A stretch of 64,000 nucleotides of DNA from assembly GCA_965222115.1 (NCBI GenBank), contig CBDCTJ010000007.1:2016001-2080000 (forward strand). The letters run 5' to 3'. Source of the stretch: Planctomycetota bacterium. Lineage in GTDB: Bacteria > Planctomycetota > PLA2 > JAEUHO01. The notes beneath the pieces are model-generated. The model worked only from the letters and a program-made list of their open reading frames with translations, did not search any database and had not been told where the DNA came from. Made by a program: the position numbers and the translations under genes. Positions 49,601-59,026 of this stretch are shown in pieces. The first letter of the stretch is position 1. Each line of letters opens with the position of its first letter.

Positions 49601-49787
49601 CAGGATCTCGAGTGGCTTCGTCGCGGCGTTTTACCTGATCTTGAAGCGCAAGCAGGCGCAGCGTTTCGCGGCATGTCGATTCGTCGTTGCCACATGCGTT
49701 TTGAACAAAGGCCTCACGCGCATGAACCGCGACGGATTGAGCAGCATCGAGAACCGAAGCTACGCGTTCCCAGTCGGCCTGATCCAT
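46614..49787 (-). CDS. Ser/Thr kinase fused to a P-loop NTPase-like domain and a TPR-like helical region
   Basis: GRGAFG, VAVK, HRDLKPSN, DLG, GTPLYMSPE; Walker A-like GRPGSGRT, Walker B-like LFVDD; helical C-terminus. Confidence 0.85.
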   Translation of the reverse strand: MDQADWERVASVLDAAQSVAVHAREAFVQNACGNDESTCRETLRLLALQDQVKRRDEATRDPAAPKHVAGSEDQTLLKTPGTGDMEQLRVSFPTTGDVVAKRYTLKQELGRGAFGTVYEAHDRIDDVDVAVKFVALTSERQSKRYDRELATLRRARVPGIVKLLDDGRHEGWAFLVMNLVEGSRFPGSDLDRYDPETLLPRVLSFMEALRRLHLAGVVHRDLKPSNVLVDEHGQVTIVDLGIAEDESDPDKYREYAVIIGTPLYMSPERMAGAVADTASDIYAAGMTILTAIRRLRRGQGDTDPVTEMLESIKLLKELPDGIGDVLGSMVRADANRRPDSMDTVVRELQRALGVEHTLELPFLGPRDIIQAVVDAVPAGRSINVYGRPGSGRTRTLQEAANELSNSGVSTRWHAPGSAIGALNSATALFVDDFDRLDPREQERLAQSSGFACLVTSTVAPQGSNSKECHYLSEDDIRPLIKSSNRFFFTQDELSEVLWKHSRGRPKTILHEIERWIAAGLATWDDGLYVDPRAQRRIVSSPPAYVPTLGERVENLSADARDVWAFLTLAGTGLNPSDIETFVSMSKEHVRSAICELKGISAVDLDRERKAWIAVPCPDLASVDSETKNRWCRAIATLLPLDSIEAPLLYMAMGDTHALVQSAKVAAQRRILTGEYGTAFSLINLALCEQRKHSRVQTPQIWPELVEASLGLTTIRSLDVAMYHLELATNTSSSLNFWKHLIRHARATFQEQSVERQYSLDDVPGDKSIKQTELFLTVSNLSARRGDSIDQQRETIASAVRYARRGPNPALRYRIAAWTGWLRFHEGRYQSAVGLHRRAARRAISDRGRVTALCNAAIAATEAAELGTADSLVNEAFVLASKRRDHANIPRIERLLRVVKYRRNVESCEDKELVRAANLLDRDLLRGAILLNEAAILWRAGRNARASNHCQTAAECFRRAAGSLALQNIALALLLVCQRRSPADMNLVRKRVLEHWSDHPPGIASQTAALMCVAQEHEHLHPGIIQRANTWAHAAQHKHTRREVLTPSEVLSMLPPYR

Positions 49788-49905
49788 GAAACGGCGGTGC
49801 CCCACGAGCGTTGATTCGAGGCACGTACGGTTGGCCCCGACAGATCACATCGAGGCGTGATTGTGTTCAATTGAAGCCTTTAGAGCAAGAGGGTTGTGGG
49901 ATCCG

Positions 49906-51750
49906 TTACCCACCACCCGTCGAAGGGCCTGAGGGCGTTGATCCGGGCGCCGAAGGCGGCGTCTGCACCTTGGGGCCCTTGGATTGGCTGGGTGCTTCAC
50001 GATCGGGACGACCTGGTGAGCCCCTTGGGCGCCAATCGAGGCGGTACGTAAACACGCCATTCTTACGAACAAGCTCACCGAAGGGTGTGCCGATGTACTT
50101 TCGCAAGTGCGTCTTGCGCGCTTCGGTGATCTTCTTGCCGCGGGCCTTGTCGTAGAGCGGCACATTTCGGGGATGTACGTCCTTCGCGTCTTTCGCGGGA
50201 TCTAGATACCACACCGAATCGAGCAGCGGCGTGAGGTCCTTGTTCTTCCATGCATCCTTCGGCAGTCCGACTGCCGCCGCGTAGGCCTCGCCCAGTTGAA
50301 AGCGTTTGACCGAAAGTATGTGATGAAGCAATGCTGCGTCGGCGTAGTAACGACGCTCCCTATCGTCATCGCCCACCGACTCGGCGAATGGCTTGAGCCG
50401 CGTGATGGCGGCGTCGAGTGCGGGAAGTGCTCGTTCGGCGCTCTTCAAGAACTGTTTGTAGTCTTTCTCGTCATGAAACGAAAACGGCATTTCGTTGTCG
50501 CCGCGTACCAATTCCATCTCTCGCGCGGTCCTATAGTTTTTCTCAACGGGCGCGCTGTAGGTGGCGATGCGGACTTTGTGATTGGCAATACGGTGCCACG
50601 CATCGAGTAGTGCGCGGGCGACGTCGCTCCGCGGAATGTCTGAACGTATGTCACGGCGTGAGCGGAGATCGGGCGCAAACATATTGCAGCGGCTGTAGTC
50701 GTAACGGATTTCCGTCCGTCCTGACTTGTTCCATGACCAGAGAATGTAGCGACCGCCGGTCAAGCCCGCGGCGCGCATGAGCGACCACGAGCCAAAGCTT
50801 GACGCCAATGGAAAGAAGTAGTTGTGCAGTGCATCTTCGCGTTGCTTCTCATGGCGGCGATCTTGAAGATCTTCATGCTCACCGGATTCGCCCTTTTTGT
50901 CGCTCTTCTTGCCCTGTTTGCCGTAGCGCGGCTTTTTCGTTGTCTTTCGCTTGGGCGGTGCTGGCAGGCGGGCATGAAATTTCGTCGCCCAATGTGTGCC
51001 GCGATAGCGAAACGGAATATGCGGCCACGCCGTATCGCCACCGTGCCACGGACGATCGTCGTCTTCGGGCCCGAAGGGGCTACGGCTAATGTGGTCGGCG
51101 TAGAGGCGAGACGTGCCATCGGGCATTCGCTCATTGAAATTGGGGGGATAGAATCCGTCGCTCCAGCCGCGTCCGAAACATGCCTCGCTGCCAATCACGT
51201 GGAGCGCATGCCCCTTTTGTCTGAGTAGGCGGTTGAGATCTTCAAGCCCCGCGGTGTCTTCGAAATGCCAGTCGGCAAAGTAGATGATGGTTGCCTTTGA
51301 GTCTCTCAGCTTTGCGATGGACTTTCGAAGCGCAGGGAGCGTGGCAATAACCTTCGTGTCTTTCGCGAGTACGCTCGCGAGGCGCGGCGTGAGTTTGGAT
51401 GGCGTGTTGACGGCCGTTCCCGGTGTCTTGCCAAGTCGGGTCATTCGCCAACGCAGGACTCCATCTGCGTGTTGATCCAATGCGAAGAGTGCGCGGGCAA
51501 TTTCGGGCTCAGCGTGCGCCGTGTAAGGCGTAACGTCCACAACGAAAAGCACGCTCTTACGTCGAGGTTCGAGCGCCACGCGAATCGCCCGCGATAAATC
51601 TTGCTGACCGCGCACCATGACCTTGGCCGCATCGGGCGCAACGCCGCCGCCCTTGGCATCTACAAACGTCGCAACGCGTTCACCGAAGACGGCCGAGGGC
51701 GCAAACGCTAGAGCGAGAACCGTGACACTACCTAAGACGATTCGGCGCAT
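49906..51750 (-). CDS. Exported vWA-like domain protein
   Basis: Signal peptide; VLFVVDVT, IIYFAD, LHVIG, TGGRY motifs; GGAGG RBS. Confidence 0.6.
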   Translation of the reverse strand: MRRIVLGSVTVLALAFAPSAVFGERVATFVDAKGGGVAPDAAKVMVRGQQDLSRAIRVALEPRRKSVLFVVDVTPYTAHAEPEIARALFALDQHADGVLRWRMTRLGKTPGTAVNTPSKLTPRLASVLAKDTKVIATLPALRKSIAKLRDSKATIIYFADWHFEDTAGLEDLNRLLRQKGHALHVIGSEACFGRGWSDGFYPPNFNERMPDGTSRLYADHISRSPFGPEDDDRPWHGGDTAWPHIPFRYRGTHWATKFHARLPAPPKRKTTKKPRYGKQGKKSDKKGESGEHEDLQDRRHEKQREDALHNYFFPLASSFGSWSLMRAAGLTGGRYILWSWNKSGRTEIRYDYSRCNMFAPDLRSRRDIRSDIPRSDVARALLDAWHRIANHKVRIATYSAPVEKNYRTAREMELVRGDNEMPFSFHDEKDYKQFLKSAERALPALDAAITRLKPFAESVGDDDRERRYYADAALLHHILSVKRFQLGEAYAAAVGLPKDAWKNKDLTPLLDSVWYLDPAKDAKDVHPRNVPLYDKARGKKITEARKTHLRKYIGTPFGELVRKNGVFTYRLDWRPRGSPGRPDREAPSQSKGPKVQTPPSAPGSTPSGPSTGGG

Positions 51751-51944
51751 GAAGCCTCCCGTTCAGATGGATGAAGCTGCCGCGCCGAGTGCACACCACG
51801 GGGTATGTCACCGTTGCCGGTCGGAGGAGCCTCGGTGGAGGGGTTGCCAACCCTTGGGTTTGTGTTGATATGGGAAATGCCCCGTCGTGGCCACGACGTC
51901 GAGACGAACGTTGGTGTGCAGGCGCCGGACGCCTGGAGGTTGAA

Positions 51945-52607
51945 ATGCTGTACATGATTGAGAACGCCAACCGGACGTCGATGTTTCATCGCGGGATGGG
52001 ACTTGTCCTGGGATGCCTCGGTGCCCTGGCACTCGTCGTGTGCATTGGATGTGGCGACGGCGACAAACATGGGGACCATGATCACTCGCATGGCGACCAC
52101 CATCACGGAGACCATGACCACGAGCATGGCGATCATGATCATAAGCATGCGCACATGGAACACGGTCCGCACGACGGTATGGTGGCCGAGCTCAGAGACG
52201 GGGACGGCAAGAGCGTGGGCTATGTCGAGTTGAAGCTCCACGATGACAAGGGCGATTTGGAACTCTGGATCGCGAAGGACAAGGCCATGAAGAAGCCCAT
52301 GTGGTTTCCGCTTGATGCCAATGTGAACGTGACGTTCGTAAACAAGGACGGTGGCCGATCCGCACGGCTCGCCGTACGTGATCGCGAATCCAATCCCGAT
52401 GAGGATGGCCATTCCCACATCGATGGGACCAACACCGATTACTTCATCTTCCCCGGCGACTCGGGTCAGGACAGCAAATGGCTCATGGGCAAGTCGTTCA
52501 GTGCGCAAGCCACCGTACTGATTGGCTCGGGCGATACGCAATTCCGTTCCGTGACGTTCAAACTCGTGCCGCACACGCATGCAGAGGGTGAGCACGCACA
52601 TAAATAG
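51945..52607 (+). CDS. His-rich putative metal-binding lipoprotein
   Basis: GGAGG RBS; lipobox-like CIGC; HGDHDH repeats; HGPHDG, VELKLHDDKGDLELW. Confidence 0.72.
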   Translation: MLYMIENANRTSMFHRGMGLVLGCLGALALVVCIGCGDGDKHGDHDHSHGDHHHGDHDHEHGDHDHKHAHMEHGPHDGMVAELRDGDGKSVGYVELKLHDDKGDLELWIAKDKAMKKPMWFPLDANVNVTFVNKDGGRSARLAVRDRESNPDEDGHSHIDGTNTDYFIFPGDSGQDSKWLMGKSFSAQATVLIGSGDTQFRSVTFKLVPHTHAEGEHAHK

Positions 52608-52845
52608 GCCTCATACGAAGGCAAGTCTATTGGCGCCCAGCGCTTGAACTCGTGGCGTCCAATGGGACGGGGCTATGTACTCCCGGATCGAAACGCGTTG
52701 AAAGTGGGTAATTTGTGCCCGAATTCGGGTCTCACGGTGCGACTGATTCTCAGTGTAAGATCGCCACGGCAGCGATTCGAGGCGCGAGGGATAACGTAGC
52801 CGTGCGCGGCGTCCTTCCGTCCTAACGCTGCCGTGGAGGCTATGG

Positions 52846-55800
52846 ATGGTCAAGTGGGCCCTTGATCGGCCGCGCAGCGTGCTCGTGCTCGTGCTTGCCG
52901 TTTGCGTGCTCGGATGGGTCGCCATTCAGCGAACGCCCACCGACATTCTTCCCATGTTCAAGAAGGCGGCCGTCCAGGTCGTGACCTTTTATCCCGGCAT
53001 GCCCGCCGAGATCATGGAGAAGGACATCACCAGCCGCATCCAGCGGTGGACCGGCCAGTCGGTGGGAATCGAACATCAAGAAGCCAAGTCCATGCTCGGC
53101 GTGAGCATTGTGAAGGACTTCTTTCACGAACACGTAGACCCAAACTCCGCCATTTCGCAGGTTACGTCGTATGCGATGTCGGACTTGTTCTACTTACCGC
53201 CCGGTACGGTCCCGCCTATGGTCATGCCGTTTGATCCCACGGCGACGTTTCCCCTGTGTCTCTTGGCCGTGAGTTCCGAGGCCGACTCCACCGGGAAACT
53301 CAAGTACGACGAAACTGCGCTGTATGACATCGCCTACTTCAGCCTGCGCAATAAGGTGCAGTCGATTTCGGGCGTCGTGGCGCCTGCGGTGTACGGCGGT
53401 AAGTTGCGCCGTATTCTCGCGTATCTCGATCCTCAGCGCATGGCCGCCCGTGGCCTGTCTTCCATGGATGTAGTAGACGGCATTCGCGAGAACAACGTGT
53501 TCATCCCGGTGGGGGCGGCGCGACTCGGCGGCGTCGACTACCTGCTCGACTCCAATGCGCTGCCGCCCGCCGTGGAAGACATGAACGACTTTCCGCTCAT
53601 GGCCAAAGACGGCCGTGTGGTACGTGTGCGCGACGTTGCCGATGTCCAGGACTCGGCGCAGTTGCAGTCAAATATTGTGCGCATTGATGGTGCGCGCCAG
53701 GCCTACATCCCCATCTACCGGCAGCCGGGTGCCAACACGTTGGCGATCATTGCCGGTGTCAAAGAAAAGCTTGAGCCCATCAAGGAGCGCTTGCCTGCAG
53801 GCGTAAATCTCGACGTCATCTTCGACCAGTCGGTCTTTGTGCGCAAAGCAATCGACAACCTGCTGCTTGAAATGGCCATTGGCGGTTTGTTGGCCGCTCT
53901 CATGATCCTCGTGTTCTTGCGCAGCGTGCGCACCACGGTCTTTATCTTGCTCCAGCTCCCTATTTCGATTGTTGCCGCACTCCTTGGCCTTTGGGCCACA
54001 GGCCACACCATCAACATGATGACGTTGGGCGGCCTCGCCCTGGTCACGGGCATGATCCTCGATGAGGGCATTGTGTCGGTGGAAAACATCGCTCGACATT
54101 TAGAGATGGGCAAATCGCCGCGACAAGCCGCGCTTGATGGCATGGAGGAGATGGCGCGTCCACGCCTGTTGATTATGGTCACCGTAACGGTCGTGTTCTT
54201 CCCGGTGATCTTCTTGACGGGTGTAGGAAAGTTCCTCTTTACGCCCATGGCCGTGTCGGTCGCGTTTGCGATGCTGGCGTCCTACATCTTCACCATGACG
54301 TTCCTGCCCATGCTTGCGTCGCGGTTCCTCAAGGCGCACAAGGACGAGAATCCTATTGCGCGAGTATTCAAAGGCCTGCTGGACGGACTGACCAAGGTGT
54401 ATCGCGGCCTTTTATCGGCGGCGCTTACATTGCGGTATCTCGTATTGATCGGGGTCGCTGCATTGATGGCGTTTGCTTTCCTCGTGTTGTTTCCCAAGCT
54501 CGGCCAGGAGCTCTTTCCCCAGGTGGATTCGGGTCAGTTCATGATTCGAGTGCGGGAAGAGCCTGGGCTCGCACCGCAAGCCACAGAAGAAACATGCGCA
54601 GGCATTGAAAAGGCGATTCAAGAAGTCATTGGCGACGATCTCGTCAAGATGATTACCAATATTGGCGTGCTCAATGACTGGCCCGCCGCCTATACGCCCA
54701 ATTCCGGTCCCAGCGATGCATTTGTGAGCATTCAGTTGACCGACGACACGTCTCGCCGATCGGTTGCGGAGATTGTCGAAGAGCTGCGCCCGCGACTTCT
54801 GCGCGACTATCCGGGCATCGACTTCAGTTTCGATACCGCCGGGATTCTCACGGCCGCCGTGAACAACGGCGTGCCCGCGCCGATCAATGTGCAGATCGAC
54901 GGTAAGAAGCTTGAAGTCGCCCGCACACTGGCCGAAGAGATTCGTGGCCGCATTTCCGCGCTTGAGGGCGTGCGCGATGCCCGCATTCAGCAGCAGCTCA
55001 ACACGCCGTCCTATAAGATTGAGATCGATCGTGAGAAGGCGTACCTGCTCGGACTCAATGCCGGTGACATTGTAAAGAACGTGGTCACCAATTTCCGGTC
55101 GTCGATCTCGTTTGCCAAGTCCTTCTGGCTCGATCCGGGCAACGGAAACCACTACTTCGTCGGTGCGCAGTACAAGCAAGACGACATGGACTATCGTCAG
55201 GCGCTTGAGGAAACGGTCATCAACCCCGGTGCCGGTGCGCGGCCCATCCAGCTCAAGTCCGTCGCCACGATTGAGCGCGACATCGCACCCTCGGAAGTCA
55301 CGCACTTAAACATTACGCGCGTAACGGATGTATACGCCAACGTCGCTGGCCGCGACCTCGGCAGTGTGGCGAGCGAGGTGGATGAGATTCTTGAGGACAT
55401 TCGTGCCAGTGGCCGCGTGCCTAAGGGCTACGCGATTCACAATCGCGGCGAAGTCACCATTATGCGCGAATCCTTCCGCGGTCTGACGCAGGGACTGATT
55501 CTGGCTGCGATACTCGTCTATCTCGTTATGGTGTTGCAATTCCAGTCGTTCTTGGATCCGTTCATTGTCATGTTCGCGGTGCCGCTGGGATTCGTGGGCG
55601 TTGTGCTCATGCTGCTTTTCACCGGCACAGCACTCAATATTCAATCGATCATGGGCATCATTATGATGGTCGGTATCGTGGTGGCGTTTTCGATTCTGCT
55701 CGTGGAGTTCGCCAATCAACTGCGTGAGAAGGGCATGACCACCCTCGATGCGGTCAAGGAGGCGTCGGTCCAGCGACTGCGCCCGATTCTTATGACATCG

Positions 55801-55977
55801 TTGGCCGCGATTCTTGGTCTCACGCCGATGGCGCTTCATGGCGGCGCCAACATTCCACTTGCTCGCGCGGTTATTGGCGGGGTTGCGGCTGCCACGGTGC
55901 TCACCCTGTTCGTCGTGCCAATCCTCTACGTGATCTTCAAGGGCAAAAACGCGCCCGCGCCAAAGGAGGCGAACTAA
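52846..55977 (+). CDS. RND efflux permease (AcrB/CzcA superfamily)
   Basis: 1043 aa; NMMTLGGLAL, LDEGIVSVENI, RLRPILMT. Confidence 0.93.
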   Translation: MVKWALDRPRSVLVLVLAVCVLGWVAIQRTPTDILPMFKKAAVQVVTFYPGMPAEIMEKDITSRIQRWTGQSVGIEHQEAKSMLGVSIVKDFFHEHVDPNSAISQVTSYAMSDLFYLPPGTVPPMVMPFDPTATFPLCLLAVSSEADSTGKLKYDETALYDIAYFSLRNKVQSISGVVAPAVYGGKLRRILAYLDPQRMAARGLSSMDVVDGIRENNVFIPVGAARLGGVDYLLDSNALPPAVEDMNDFPLMAKDGRVVRVRDVADVQDSAQLQSNIVRIDGARQAYIPIYRQPGANTLAIIAGVKEKLEPIKERLPAGVNLDVIFDQSVFVRKAIDNLLLEMAIGGLLAALMILVFLRSVRTTVFILLQLPISIVAALLGLWATGHTINMMTLGGLALVTGMILDEGIVSVENIARHLEMGKSPRQAALDGMEEMARPRLLIMVTVTVVFFPVIFLTGVGKFLFTPMAVSVAFAMLASYIFTMTFLPMLASRFLKAHKDENPIARVFKGLLDGLTKVYRGLLSAALTLRYLVLIGVAALMAFAFLVLFPKLGQELFPQVDSGQFMIRVREEPGLAPQATEETCAGIEKAIQEVIGDDLVKMITNIGVLNDWPAAYTPNSGPSDAFVSIQLTDDTSRRSVAEIVEELRPRLLRDYPGIDFSFDTAGILTAAVNNGVPAPINVQIDGKKLEVARTLAEEIRGRISALEGVRDARIQQQLNTPSYKIEIDREKAYLLGLNAGDIVKNVVTNFRSSISFAKSFWLDPGNGNHYFVGAQYKQDDMDYRQALEETVINPGAGARPIQLKSVATIERDIAPSEVTHLNITRVTDVYANVAGRDLGSVASEVDEILEDIRASGRVPKGYAIHNRGEVTIMRESFRGLTQGLILAAILVYLVMVLQFQSFLDPFIVMFAVPLGFVGVVLMLLFTGTALNIQSIMGIIMMVGIVVAFSILLVEFANQLREKGMTTLDAVKEASVQRLRPILMTSLAAILGLTPMALHGGANIPLARAVIGGVAAATVLTLFVVPILYVIFKGKNAPAPKEAN

Positions 55978-57477
55978 ATGGACACCACGAAAATGACGCG
56001 CCAACGCAAAGTTGAAGTCGCAGCCGTGCTGTTGCTGGGGACAGTGGTTGCCGGCGCCACCATCTATCACAGCAAGACCGCGCGCGTCACGCGCTATGCG
56101 GAGGCCAAAGATGGTGGGGACGCCGCCACGTCACGTGCGCCCGTCCGTGTGAAAGTGATCAATCCGTCCACCGACAACATTACGCGCATGGTGCGCATTC
56201 CGGCCGAGGTCATGCCCTACCGCGAGGTGATGATCAAAGCCAAGATCGCCGGCTACGTCGCCGTGCCGCCGCTTGAAGTGGGCACGCGCGTCGATCCCAA
56301 GGGTGTGGACGGCAAGCAAACGTTGCTAAAGCTCAATGTGCCCGAGCTCGATGCGGAGCAAGCCACGGCAGAGAGCAGAATCGCAAAGGCCAGTGCGGGC
56401 ATCACCGAAGCCGAACAGGGCGTGACAACCGCGACCCAAGCCGTTGCCCAAGCTCAGCAAATGGTCGCACAAGCAGAGGCGACGCGTGCGAAAGTCGAAG
56501 GTCGCATTCGGCAAGCACAGGCCAATGTGACTGAGGCGCAAGCCGAACTACAGATGCGCGGGATGATCCATTCGCGGCTTGCAGATATCATTGCTAAGAG
56601 CCCCAATCTTGTTGCACAAGACAAGGTCGATGAGGCGAAAGGCAATCTTGAGATCGCCAAGGCTCGGGTCGAGGCCGCGAACGTCGCCGTGCAAGGGGTA
56701 CGCGATGAGTTGCGCGTGGCCGAGGCCGCGGTACGCGGTGCCAAGTCCAAGGTGCTCGCCGCAAGGGCGGATGTCGAGGCGGCCCGCGCGGCGGTGAAGG
56801 CCGTTGAAGCAGGCAAGTCGCTCGAGAGTGCCAAACAGCAGGAAACGGCTACGGTCCTCAAGTACGCAACGATTGAAGCGCCATTCAAGGGCGTGATTGC
56901 AGAGCGCATGGTGGAACTTGGCGAACTCGTGCTCGATGCTTCGAGAAATAGTGGTGCCAAAGCGCTCTACCGGGTCGTCGCCGACGACAAGCTGCGCGTT
57001 CGTTTCTATGTGGCTGCGCCCGATGCGCCCGTGTGCAAGGTCGGTAACGCTGTTGAAATCTACTTTGAAGAACTCAAGATGGAGCCTATCAAGACAAAGA
57101 TTACGCGCATCGCCGACGCATTGGACCCAAGTACGCGCACAATGGAGGTCGAGATCGAGATCGACAATCCGCGGGGTAAAGACGGGGCGCGCATGCTGCG
57201 TGCGGGCATGTTTGCCAAAGTCCACGTGTTCTTGGAAACCTACGAGAACGCATTGGTGGTGCCGGCTCGCTGCGTAACGACGAAGAAGCGAAAGAGTTCC
57301 GTACTTGTGGTGGATAGCGAAAACAAGGTGCGCAAAATTCCCGTCAAGATCGGTGTTGATGACGCGCTTCGCATTCAGATCCTCGATGGCATTGATGCAT
57401 CCGCACGCGTGATTATTGCGGGCGGGAATCTCGTGGCGGATGGTGATGCGGTGGAAGCCGTTTCCGCGAACCAGTAG
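55978..57477 (+). CDS. RND periplasmic adaptor (membrane fusion protein) with long alpha-hairpin
   Basis: IKAKIAGYV, IEAPFKGVI, DPSTRT, LRAGMF. Confidence 0.92.
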   Translation: MDTTKMTRQRKVEVAAVLLLGTVVAGATIYHSKTARVTRYAEAKDGGDAATSRAPVRVKVINPSTDNITRMVRIPAEVMPYREVMIKAKIAGYVAVPPLEVGTRVDPKGVDGKQTLLKLNVPELDAEQATAESRIAKASAGITEAEQGVTTATQAVAQAQQMVAQAEATRAKVEGRIRQAQANVTEAQAELQMRGMIHSRLADIIAKSPNLVAQDKVDEAKGNLEIAKARVEAANVAVQGVRDELRVAEAAVRGAKSKVLAARADVEAARAAVKAVEAGKSLESAKQQETATVLKYATIEAPFKGVIAERMVELGELVLDASRNSGAKALYRVVADDKLRVRFYVAAPDAPVCKVGNAVEIYFEELKMEPIKTKITRIADALDPSTRTMEVEIEIDNPRGKDGARMLRAGMFAKVHVFLETYENALVVPARCVTTKKRKSSVLVVDSENKVRKIPVKIGVDDALRIQILDGIDASARVIIAGGNLVADGDAVEAVSANQ

Positions 57478-57496
57478 CCGCGTAGGAGCACGAGCG

Positions 57497-59002
57497 ATGT
57501 ACGACTGTCCTTTGCGCCACCGAGTTCTTCGCGCAGTTTGTGGTGTCGTCGCACTGATCGCGCTCACCCTTAGCGGCTGTCAAACGGGTGGCGTGCGGCT
57601 CGCCGACCGTATCGGTGCGGGTGCGTCCGTTGCGCAAAGCTGCCCACGCGGCAGTGGCTACGGTTGTCAGATCGGCAACATCATTCGCAACAACTACATG
57701 CTGCGGCAACCTCCCGGAAGCCGCACCCGGCCCGTATTGGGCGCGCCCATTCCCGCAGCACTCGATGTGACCGGCCGTATGCCCATCGATTTGCCCACGG
57801 CGATGCGCTTGGCCTCCGAAGGCAATCTGAATGCTCAGTATGTGCGCGAAAAGGTTCGCGAGGCCCACGCGCACCGAGTACAGGCGGGCCAATGGTGGTT
57901 GCCCACTATTAAGGCAGGCGTCCGATTCAATCGGATCGACGGCGAGGTGCAGGGAACCGAGGGCAACGTCGTCACCGTCCACAAGGAGAACTTGTGGGGT
58001 GGTGTGGGAATCAAGGCCCATTGGGAGCTTGGCGAAGGCAAGTTTCGCGAACTCGCTGCTCACCGTCGCGTCGAAGCGGCCAATATGGCCTGGACGGCTG
58101 GCCAGCGCATTGCCGCGCTCCGCGCCTCCGAGGCCTACGTTGATCTATTGAAGGCGCAGGCCGCGGAGCAAGTGGCCGCCGAATCGGTACAGCTCTTTCA
58201 GAACGTTCTCGGGGAAATCCAAGCCAAGAAAGATGCGGGGGGAGGATTCGAAGGTGACGTTGTGCGGGCGCGCGCGCGTGTTTCACGAGCGCGTCTCCAC
58301 GTGCGTCGTGCGCAGGAGTCTCGACGCGTGGCGTCGCTTCGATTGGCCGAAGTTCTCAATCTTCCCAGCGGCACCGCGCTCTTTGCAACGGAACCATCGC
58401 TGGTTCAGTTGCATCTCGTTCAGGTCCATGTTCCGGTACAGCAACTTGTGGCGCAAGCCGTTGCAACCCGACCCGATGTACGCGAAGCAATCGTTTTGGG
58501 TTCCGCCGCGCGTGCCGAGCAACGCGCGACAACCGAGGGTGTGTATTACCCCGATGTCACATTCGGCTATGAGTCGGGCCTGTTTGGAGATCGCTTCGAT
58601 GGATTTGGCGGTCAAGGACGCTTTGGACTCGCCGTTGAGTGGGAATTTGGCCCCGGCGGCATCGGGGATCGCGCGCGCATGGCCGCGGCAACGTCCCGCT
58701 ACCGCCAGTCGATTCTTCAGCAGCGGCAAGTCGAACAAAAGGTCGCTACCGAAGTGCATGTTGCTCACGCACAAGTGCATGAACGCGCCCAGGCTGTGCA
58801 GATCGCCCAGCAAACGGTTCGCGAAAGCGAGCAAGCGCTATCGCTCTATCGCGAGCGTCAAAAAATTGGTGTCGGTGAACCTCTCGACGCCATCTTGGCC
58901 GAGGAAGCGCTCACCGAAGCCCGCATGGACTACATCAATGCCGTGGGAGGCTACAACAAGGCCCAAGTGCGACTGCTCTATGCGACGGGGCGGTCGCCGT
59001 AG
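57497..59002 (+). CDS. TolC-family outer membrane efflux lipoprotein
   Basis: AGGAG RBS; lipobox LSGC; WWLP/YYP OEP motifs; C-terminal LLYATG. Confidence 0.88.
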   Translation: MYDCPLRHRVLRAVCGVVALIALTLSGCQTGGVRLADRIGAGASVAQSCPRGSGYGCQIGNIIRNNYMLRQPPGSRTRPVLGAPIPAALDVTGRMPIDLPTAMRLASEGNLNAQYVREKVREAHAHRVQAGQWWLPTIKAGVRFNRIDGEVQGTEGNVVTVHKENLWGGVGIKAHWELGEGKFRELAAHRRVEAANMAWTAGQRIAALRASEAYVDLLKAQAAEQVAAESVQLFQNVLGEIQAKKDAGGGFEGDVVRARARVSRARLHVRRAQESRRVASLRLAEVLNLPSGTALFATEPSLVQLHLVQVHVPVQQLVAQAVATRPDVREAIVLGSAARAEQRATTEGVYYPDVTFGYESGLFGDRFDGFGGQGRFGLAVEWEFGPGGIGDRARMAAATSRYRQSILQQRQVEQKVATEVHVAHAQVHERAQAVQIAQQTVRESEQALSLYRERQKIGVGEPLDAILAEEALTEARMDYINAVGGYNKAQVRLLYATGRSP

Positions 59003-59026
59003 CTGCACGGCGAACGTTCGAGACGC

